Origin: an uncultured Anaerolineaceae bacterium
GTDB taxonomy: Bacteria; Chloroflexota; Anaerolineae; JAAYZQ01
Reading direction: 5' to 3'
Assembly: GCA_964593865.1 (NCBI GenBank)
Contig: CAZQKE010000135.1
Span: 9,849 to 73,848 of the forward strand
DNA length: 64,000 nucleotides
Part shown: positions 57,531 through 64,000 of the stretch, piece by piece
Layout of the letters: each line of letters starts with the position of its first letter
Position numbering within the stretch: the first letter of the stretch is position 1
The notes under the pieces: generated by a model
Databases searched by the model: none
What the model saw: the letters and a program-made list of their open reading frames with translations, nothing else
Told to the model about the DNA's origin: nothing
Program-made: the position numbers and the translations under genes

Positions 57531-58577
57531 TCACACCAGCTCCACACCCGGCTCACCGGCCAACACCTCCCCCACCTCCCAAAAGGGTTGATCAAGGGCA
57601 GCACAGCGGGCGGCAAACCGCTCCATCTCCGATGCAGGAATGGCCGCCAGGATACCGCCGTTGGTTTGGGGATCGTGGCAGAGCATGACAAACTCATCGG
57701 AAAGGGCCGGATCCACCGTTACCCACCGGCCGAAGTACTTTTCGTTGGCCGCTGCACCGCCGGGGAAAAGCCATTGCTCCGCATAGATCCGCGCCGCCTC
57801 CTGGATCGGGATGCGCTCCGCATAAAAGCGCAAGCGCACCCGACCGGCACGGGCCATCTCTACGGCGTGGCCCAACAACCCAAACCCGGTAACATCCGTC
57901 ACCCCACGACCGGAGGTGGCATGGACGGCGGCCACGGCATCACGGTTGAGGCGCAACATCCAGCGGGTCGCTTCCTCCAACGCTTCCGGCGAGCCTTGAT
58001 CGGCGCGGCAAGCGGTAGTAATGACGCCGGAACCGAGGGGCTTGGTCAGCACCAAACGTTCGCCGGGACGTGCCCCCCCTTTGAGCAGCAACGTGGAGGT
58101 TGTAACGGTCCCCAGCACGACCAAGCCGTATTTCGGCTCTTTATCGTCCATTGTGTGCCCACCGGCAACCAGCACCCCGGCCTCACGCGCTTTATCCCGC
58201 CCGCCACGCAGGATGTCGCTGGCAATGTGGGAAGGCATATCGGCAGGGAAGGAAGAAAGGTTCAGGGCAAGGAAGGGCGTCCCGCCCATCGCATACACAT
58301 CGCTGATTGAGTTGGCCGCGGCTATCGCGCCGTACGTGTAGCCATCATCCACCACCGGCGCAAAAAAGTCGGTGGTGACGACCAACATGGTATCATCGTT
58401 CAAGCGATAAACCACAGCATCATCCGGCTCATCCAGGCCGACGATAATGCGTTTATCGGCATGTACCTCTTTGAGCAAAGGGCGCAGCACCTGCGCCAGG
58501 GCCTCTGGGGCCAGTTTGCCTGCTCAACCCGCACAAGAGGCGATCTTGGTCAGGCGGGTGAAATCCCGTTTGGCCAT
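57531..58577 (-). CDS. selD: Selenide, water dikinase (selenophosphate synthetase), Sec-containing form (UGA at codon 18)
   Basis: AAGGAGG SD; MAKRDFTRLTKIASCAG-U-AGKL in frame with the ORF-track fragment; DDAVVY, TTDFF, AANSISDVYAMGG, GGHT, LTKPLG.G, TDVTGFGLLGH, DPQT.GG. Confidence 0.95.
58481..58526 (-). promoter_or_regulatory. Candidate bacterial SECIS of selD
   Basis: After UGA (58526-58524): perfect stem GGCGCAG/CUGCGCC with GUG loop, 33 nt from UGA. Confidence 0.65.
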
Positions 58578-58608
58578 CGCCGATCCTCCTTTCCGGTTCG
58601 GTCGTGGT

Positions 58609-58644
58609 AAATACAAAACCGCCGTCGGCCCACGCCGACGGCGG
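58609..58644 (-). terminator. Strong intrinsic terminator in the selD leader
   Basis: 11 bp perfect stem CCGCCGTCGGC/GCCGACGGCGG, GTGG loop, then TTTTGTATTT, about 30 nt before the selD start. Confidence 0.85.
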
Positions 58645-58666
58645 CAGGAGGACGCGCCCCAGAGCC

Positions 58667-58774
58667 TTAGGGAGCGGTTCCGTCACCGTTCTTTGGCGTG
58701 CGCCGACCGGTTCGCGGGCGCAACCCGGCGCCCCCGACCTCACCTCAAGTCTGACAACAATGCATCGCAAACAT
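58667..58774 (-). CDS. Putative Sec-containing leader peptide (35 aa) of selD
   Basis: GGAGGGGAGAGG then ATG 58774; MFAMHCCQT-U(TGA 58747-58745)-GEVGGAGLRPRTGRRTPKNGDGTAP-TAA; SECIS-like hairpin 58716-58733. Confidence 0.6.
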
Positions 58775-58813
58775 ACGAACCTCTCCCCTCCATGCCTCTC
58801 ACGAGCAGGCCCC

Positions 58814-58842
58814 AGTATACCAAAAGCGGAACGGTAGGGCAA
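58814..58842 (-). promoter_or_regulatory. Promoter of the selD leader
   Basis: Minus strand TTGCCC (58842-58837), 17 bp, TG-extended TATACT (58819-58814). Confidence 0.7.
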
Positions 58843-58864
58843 GTCCAAACAGGCGAAAGGCCAT

Positions 58865-58893
58865 TTGCCTTCTGGCGCAAAAAGGGCTATAAT
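58865..58893 (+). promoter_or_regulatory. Promoter of the LCP gene (divergent from selD)
   Basis: TTGCCT (58865-58870), 17 bp, TATAAT (58888-58893). Confidence 0.7.
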
Positions 58894-58946
58894 AACCTTG
58901 TAGATTCAGACCTGCCTCCACCAGGCAGGGATCGAAAGAGCAGTAT

Positions 58947-60473
58947 GTGAACAGGAATCGCAGATCAACCAATGAGAAACCACCCCAGGACCGTTTGACG
59001 CCGGCCCTTATCGGTGTTGCCTTGATCCTGGCATGTATCGTCACCGCCCTGGGAATCGGCCTCTTGCGGGCCGAGGACGGACCGACAGACGACTTGGCCG
59101 CTCTGGCCACCGACCCGGCGCGGGCCATCGTCATCCCCACCGTCCCTACCCTGCCGGTGACGCCCACACCCCCACCCATCACCCCGCCACCTTGCACACC
59201 TCCGGCCGACTGGCAGACCCACACGGTCCAAGAAGGAGACACCCTCTTTGCCCTGGCCCAGACCTACGACTCCGACATAGAATCTCTGCAAAGGGCTAAC
59301 TGCCTAGACAACGACATCATCCGCGTCGGCCAGGAACTGTTCGTCCCCGATCCTACCTACCGTCCTCCCCCGGCAGGGGCAACCGGCTCCGGCCCGACCT
59401 ATACCACATCGGCCAACCGCTACCTCAACATCGCCCTGCTGGGTTCCGACAAGAGGCCGAATAGCCCAACCTGGAGGACAGACACTATCATCGTCGTCTC
59501 CCTGGACATGGACCGCAACCTGGTCCGCCTGCTTTCCATCCCCCGCGACCTATGGGTGAACATCCCCGGCCACGGGCCGGACCGGATCAACACCGCCGAC
59601 CTGTGGGGCGAGATGGATCACAAGGGAGGCGGACCGGAGCTGGTCAAGCAAACCATCTACCAAAATCTGGGGATTCCCATCCACTACTGGGTCCGCGTAG
59701 ATTTTGACGGCTTCAAGCGGATCATTGATGCAGTCGGTGGCGTAGATGTAGATGTGGAATGCCCTCTGCCCGACATCGGCCTGGAAACGGGGGTCCAACA
59801 CATGGACGGCGAGATGGCATTGTGGTACGCCCGCTCGCGCATGACGACCAACGATTTTGACCGAAGCCGTCGCCAGCGCAAGCTCCTGATGGCCCTTTGG
59901 GAGCAAGCCCTCAACCCCGGCATCATCCCCCAAATCCCCACCCTGCTGGCGACGATGAACGATGCCGTCCAAACCGACCTACCGCCCGATCAGATCATCG
60001 CCTTGGCCATGCTGGGGCTGAAACTCCGGCCCAACCAAATCTTTAGCCAATCCATCGGCCCGTGGCAGGTCCAAAACTGGACGACACCGGGCGGCGCGGA
60101 GGTCCTGTTACCCCTCCACGACAAGATCAAAGAGCTGCTAGATAGCTTCTACGGACCGATAGATCTGGATTTCCTGGAGAGGGTGAGTCGGACGACGGTC
60201 GCCGTCCAAAACGGGACCTCGCGTCCGGAGGCAGGGCAACTGGCGATCAGCAACCTCCACTGGGCAGGCTTCCAAGTCCACGATGCCGGCCCGGCCCCCA
60301 CCCCCACGGCCCTTTCCCAGGTCATCGTCTACAACGCCGAACAGGACATCGCCGAATTGGTCGCCATTTCTCTGGACTTGATGCCTTCCTCTTTGTCATA
60401 CCGGCCCGATCCCAACGGCGAAACCGACATCTTGGTCGTGCTGGGCGAAGACTACGATCCCTGCCGCCGCTGA
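58947..60473 (+). CDS. LCP (LytR-CpsA-Psr) protein with LysM and LytR_C domains
   Basis: One TM; LysM HTVQEGDTLFALA..Y...N.L..D.I.VGQ.L; NIALLGSD, RTDTI, LSIPRD, R.R....DF.R.RRQ; C-terminal VQNGT..LytR_C. Confidence 0.93.
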   Translation: MNRNRRSTNEKPPQDRLTPALIGVALILACIVTALGIGLLRAEDGPTDDLAALATDPARAIVIPTVPTLPVTPTPPPITPPPCTPPADWQTHTVQEGDTLFALAQTYDSDIESLQRANCLDNDIIRVGQELFVPDPTYRPPPAGATGSGPTYTTSANRYLNIALLGSDKRPNSPTWRTDTIIVVSLDMDRNLVRLLSIPRDLWVNIPGHGPDRINTADLWGEMDHKGGGPELVKQTIYQNLGIPIHYWVRVDFDGFKRIIDAVGGVDVDVECPLPDIGLETGVQHMDGEMALWYARSRMTTNDFDRSRRQRKLLMALWEQALNPGIIPQIPTLLATMNDAVQTDLPPDQIIALAMLGLKLRPNQIFSQSIGPWQVQNWTTPGGAEVLLPLHDKIKELLDSFYGPIDLDFLERVSRTTVAVQNGTSRPEAGQLAISNLHWAGFQVHDAGPAPTPTALSQVIVYNAEQDIAELVAISLDLMPSSLSYRPDPNGETDILVVLGEDYDPCRR

Positions 60474-60577
60474 CGCACCTGCGTCGGAGCCACAGGCCGT
60501 CCGGCGTGGAGCGCGAACACGGCAGGGGCGACTGCCGCTCAACTCCACAGATTACGCTCCGCTCCCACCCGGACCGT

Positions 60578-62647
60578 TTACGGCGATCCCTTCTCACGCA
60601 ACATCAGGCGCGAAACGGCAGCAATCGTCTCCCGATTGAGGGCAGCAGCTTCCCGGCAAAGAGAAAAAGCCCTGGAGATCGCCTGAGCGACTCTCCTTTG
60701 CTCTTCAATGGGCGGAATAGGGACCAAAACCTGGGCCAGCAATTCGGTCGAGATGGCCGGAATAGCATGACCGGTCATCAACCGCCGCACCTGGCGCAGA
60801 AAAGGATCGGTCCGCATATACGCCAGCAGGAAAAGCGGCTCCACACCCCGAACATTCCGAATCACGGCAAAGCCGTTAGAACAGATCGCGCCTTCCTCCT
60901 CCTCGGTGATGAAAGCAACGGCATGTTTCGCCGTGCCCGTGCTCGCTCCAGAAATCGCGGTAATGATGTCCCCACGGCGCAACCGATAGCTCGCCCGCGA
61001 TGGAGCATCATACGCCCGGAACTTTTGCTGAGAAACAACCTGCATCGTTCTGGCATCTACGTCTGAGATGGCAATATAGCGGATCTCTCGGTCCGGCTCG
61101 GTGCGAAAGTCGTCTTTGCGGGTAAGGATGTCGGCGATCTCGCCCAGAGGCTTGGCTCCATTGGCCCGGAGATCGGTAAGCAGTTGCAAATCATCAGGGC
61201 TATAGTGTTCAACATCTAGACGAGAGTTGAGATATTCCTGGGCAACGGTGAATACCTGCGCTGAATCGGCAACTGTGCCCTCCTTCACATAACGACGATA
61301 TGCTTCGGCAATCTTGCCAATGTCCTCATCGAGGACCGGCCCAGACGGCCCCCGGAGGAGGTTGCCTTTCTCATCCCGCCTGTAAACCGGGCGACCCTTG
61401 ACATCGTAACCGATCTTCTCGATCCGGGCCATAAACACAGGTCGTGCCGGATCAGCCGGGGGCAACTTTTGCAAAAACAGGAGAGAGGTTTTGATCCCCG
61501 TGCCGTAAGGCACGAATGCCTCCTGGGGGATCGAGACAACGGCCTGCACCACGGCTTGGTCCCGCAGCCAAGCCCGCAGGTAACCACTGGAAGCGTTCTG
61601 CAACAGGCCATCGGGCAACACAATGGCCAAGCGACCTCCCGGCTTTAGTAGACGCAAACACTTTTCCACAAAAAGGATCTCAGGCGATTGACGAGGAAGG
61701 AGAACAGGGGAAACCCGCCACGCACCAGAAGGAGATTTCTTCCATTTGTGGGCCAGCTCATAGGACCGAAGAATCCGTTGGTCGTGGATCTTCCCCCTGC
61801 TACCAAAAGGAGGATTAGTCAGTACAATATCAAATGTGCCATCCAGGTGATCAATGTCGGAGAGTGAATTGGCACAAAGGATTTCCCGTCCGGTCCCCCC
61901 CTCTAGGGCTAATCGCACGCTGGCAGATAAAGCTACATCGGGGTTGAATTCTACCCCCCGGATGCAATCCCGGATATACCGTTCCCGACGCCGAGGATCC
62001 ATATTCTGGAATGCGATAGCCTGGATCAGGAATCCGCCACTGCCACAAGCCGGGTCGATGATCCGTTCGGTTGGTTGGGGAGCCACCATCTCTACGGCCA
62101 ACCGGACCAGAGGATGGGGAGTAAAGAACTCACCTCGGTCTCCGCGCTGGTGGCGGTAGACAAATGCCTGAAACGCCTCACCCTTAATATCGCCGGGAGT
62201 GCGGCTCAAGTCCACATACTGCAACCGACCGACCACATAGGCCAGCGTTGGCAGTTGGAGCCGCAACGCAGCTTCGGCAAACATACCCTTGTATTCATCA
62301 CAAACCATCGCAAACAAATGCCGAATGCGCTTCTCAAAAAGGGTGGGACGCCCGGCAAAGACGGACCGATACTCAGACGCCGTGATACCAAAACGCAAGC
62401 CCTTTGCTCGATTCACCCGCTCATCATACAATTTCATGGTCAACAATTTGACCATTTCGTGGAAAATCTGTTCTTTCAGCAAACCTTCATTTGCATAGAT
62501 GTAGTTATGACAATCGTCGAAAATGGCTGCCAGGTTGCGCGCCGGTCGCAATTCATCGGGACGCGGCAGATGATCGGGGAGCAAATGGCGTTCGGTAAAC
62601 AGAGGAAGCTGCTTTTGTAATTCTCTATCCGCCTTGATCAAGTCCAT
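60578..62647 (-). CDS. N6-adenine DNA methyltransferase (type I M-like, gamma class) fused to one S-type target-recognition domain
   Basis: GEFFTP, IIDPACGSGGFL, TNPPFG; C-terminal TRD (RGDII, CSNGFAV, GHAIPAI, VLVPIPPIEEQRR); start likely ATG 62647. Confidence 0.92.
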   Translation of the reverse strand: MDLIKADRELQKQLPLFTERHLLPDHLPRPDELRPARNLAAIFDDCHNYIYANEGLLKEQIFHEMVKLLTMKLYDERVNRAKGLRFGITASEYRSVFAGRPTLFEKRIRHLFAMVCDEYKGMFAEAALRLQLPTLAYVVGRLQYVDLSRTPGDIKGEAFQAFVYRHQRGDRGEFFTPHPLVRLAVEMVAPQPTERIIDPACGSGGFLIQAIAFQNMDPRRRERYIRDCIRGVEFNPDVALSASVRLALEGGTGREILCANSLSDIDHLDGTFDIVLTNPPFGSRGKIHDQRILRSYELAHKWKKSPSGAWRVSPVLLPRQSPEILFVEKCLRLLKPGGRLAIVLPDGLLQNASSGYLRAWLRDQAVVQAVVSIPQEAFVPYGTGIKTSLLFLQKLPPADPARPVFMARIEKIGYDVKGRPVYRRDEKGNLLRGPSGPVLDEDIGKIAEAYRRYVKEGTVADSAQVFTVAQEYLNSRLDVEHYSPDDLQLLTDLRANGAKPLGEIADILTRKDDFRTEPDREIRYIAISDVDARTMQVVSQQKFRAYDAPSRASYRLRRGDIITAISGASTGTAKHAVAFITEEEEGAICSNGFAVIRNVRGVEPLFLLAYMRTDPFLRQVRRLMTGHAIPAISTELLAQVLVPIPPIEEQRRVAQAISRAFSLCREAAALNRETIAAVSRLMLREKGSP

Positions 62648-63608
62648 AGCTAAGCGTATACCGCCTATCGACCTGCATATCTCGCTCGTCCACGCAATCT
62701 TCCGCTTTGAGCGTGGCATAAACATCCAGAAACTCCTCGGCCCATTCGTCGCTCAGGCTCAAGATTGGCCGACCCGTCTCATCCGTGAACACAAACCCGA
62801 TGACATAATTTTGCTGGAGATGGTTTGGATCGCTCCCTGACGATTCGAGGTGACGGGGATTGGCAAACAGGAATTTATGTTCAGGATAGCGCAGTACAAT
62901 ATCTACCGCTACAATGTTGAACTCATCCTTGCGGGGAGTAGCCTGCGTCCGCTCACTGCTGCCGGAGATGCCGGCTACAAAATGGGTCTCCAGAACTTTG
63001 ACCTTGGTCATCACATAACGCAAGCGTTCATCAATCAACGCTCCGATCTGCTCCCGACTGTAACCCCGCAAAGCAGAAACGGCTCTGGATTTAGGCGTTT
63101 CGCGACGGGGTGGATTATGAAGGTAGGATTGCACTTCCTCATACTCGTACAAGGGCTGCCGATATTCATCGAGAAATTTGGGCAAATTTCCGCCAATCCA
63201 GGCCATGATCTGCGGTTCAACATCATGTGCCGGATCGAGCCAAAAAATCTTGTCTGCATGGGCAACGAGAAACCGCCTGAGGTTCCCAAGGTTGTAGAGC
63301 TTATGCCATTTCTCCGAATTGGATTTGATACCCTTTGACTCCAAAACAAACCAGTACGGTGTCCCTTTTTTGCGGAAATAAAAGTCTCCGTGGTGCCTGG
63401 GATGTTTTCGCCCTTCCCACTTCTCCCTGATCCTCCTAACCTCAAAGCCCATGCCCTCCAATTCCTTTTTAAGCAACAGCTCGGAAACCGATCCCAATAC
63501 ATAGCCCTGAGCATTGGGGCTGAGCTGCAACGCTTCCAAGAAAATTTCTACGCTAGTCTTGAATACCCGGCGCACAAACTGCGCCAAGCGGTCAAACACA
63601 TCCGTCAT
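62625..63608 (-). CDS. Putative PD-(D/E)xK restriction endonuclease
   Basis: GSVSELLL..., HGDFYF...VLESKG catalytic pattern; coupled to the MTase by a 23 nt overlap; A/T-richer than the flanks. Confidence 0.7.
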   Translation of the reverse strand: MTDVFDRLAQFVRRVFKTSVEIFLEALQLSPNAQGYVLGSVSELLLKKELEGMGFEVRRIREKWEGRKHPRHHGDFYFRKKGTPYWFVLESKGIKSNSEKWHKLYNLGNLRRFLVAHADKIFWLDPAHDVEPQIMAWIGGNLPKFLDEYRQPLYEYEEVQSYLHNPPRRETPKSRAVSALRGYSREQIGALIDERLRYVMTKVKVLETHFVAGISGSSERTQATPRKDEFNIVAVDIVLRYPEHKFLFANPRHLESSGSDPNHLQQNYVIGFVFTDETGRPILSLSDEWAEEFLDVYATLKAEDCVDERDMQVDRRYTLSYGLDQGG

Positions 63609-63747
63609 GTTCTGCCTTCACTTAGATGCGAGAATGCGGAAAGAAATCGTGTAAAAGCAATCGTCTCTCCGGTCTCTGCGGCACGGAACCTCATCCCGGC
63701 AAATAGATCGCGTCTATCTTGAACACCCGGACACCTAGAGAAGTTGC

Positions 63748-64000
63748 TCAGCCGACAATGCGGCTGATAAGGGGCGGAGGGGTGACCGGCTCTTCGCTCC
63801 ACGCATAGGCGGCCAGCAAGCGATGCCGTGCTTCGTCCAGCTGTGCTTGATCGTTGGCATGGATGGTGAACAAGGGTTGCCCTTTTTCCACCCGGTCGCC
63901 GATCTTGGCCTGGAGGACGATGCCCACGCCGTGATCCACCGGTTCGCCCTTTTTGCTCCTCCCCCCACCGAGAAGCATGGAAGTCAACCCCACCTCACGG
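63748..64000 (-). CDS. pdp: Pyrimidine-nucleoside/thymidine phosphorylase, C-terminal part (runs off window)
   Basis: LLGGGRSKKGEPVDHGVGIVLQAKIGDRVEKGQPLFTIHA is the typical PYNP C-terminal domain. Confidence 0.92.
   Translation of the reverse strand, partial: REVGLTSMLLGGGRSKKGEPVDHGVGIVLQAKIGDRVEKGQPLFTIHANDQAQLDEARHRLLAAYAWSEEPVTPPPLISRIVG

Noticed and set aside
58524-58526. selD as a nonsense pseudogene
   Set aside because: UGA sits at the catalytic Cys/Sec position, with a SECIS-like hairpin and a tRNA-Sec present.
58740-58793. Alternative uORF from ATG 58793 (MEGRGSYVCDALLSDLR-UGA)
   Set aside because: The SD-like GAGAGG is only 1 nt from the ATG, and the in-frame UGA has no Cys-based redox-motif context; the 58774 frame has better spacing.

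Overview
High-GC bacterial chromosomal window. The gene repertoire (V4R protein, multi-GAF kinases, PATAN/roadblock/GTPase module, LysM-LCP, TPR-L,D-transpeptidase) suggests a Chloroflexota, probably Anaerolineae-like, host (inference). It carries housekeeping genes (argG, argH, nfo, suhB, ppaC, tgt, uppP, yjbQ, partial pdp), envelope/glycosylation genes, tRNA-Sec, a UGA-containing selenoprotein selD and an A/T-richer restriction-modification pair at the right end. A ~23 kb, 15-gene minus-strand signalling super-operon (10667-33684) starts with a PATAN-wHTH/MglA-like GTPase/roadblock triad and continues through lipid-type enzymes into giant GAF-array kinases. Best new-looking signals: (1) a candidate selenocysteine-sensing leader-peptide attenuator upstream of selD (uORF with CxxU UGA, its own SECIS-like hairpin, antiterminator and terminator); (2) the super-operon itself, with an apparent pseudokinase, a Ser/Thr hydrolase pair and an acyl-ACP-reductase-like enzyme; (3) a candidate Arg-codon attenuator upstream of argGH; (4) a 12-TM heme-copper-oxidase-fold protein lacking the CuB His pair. 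All calls were made by eye from motifs and base-pairing. No database search or folding program was run. No CRISPR array, integrase or transposase was seen.
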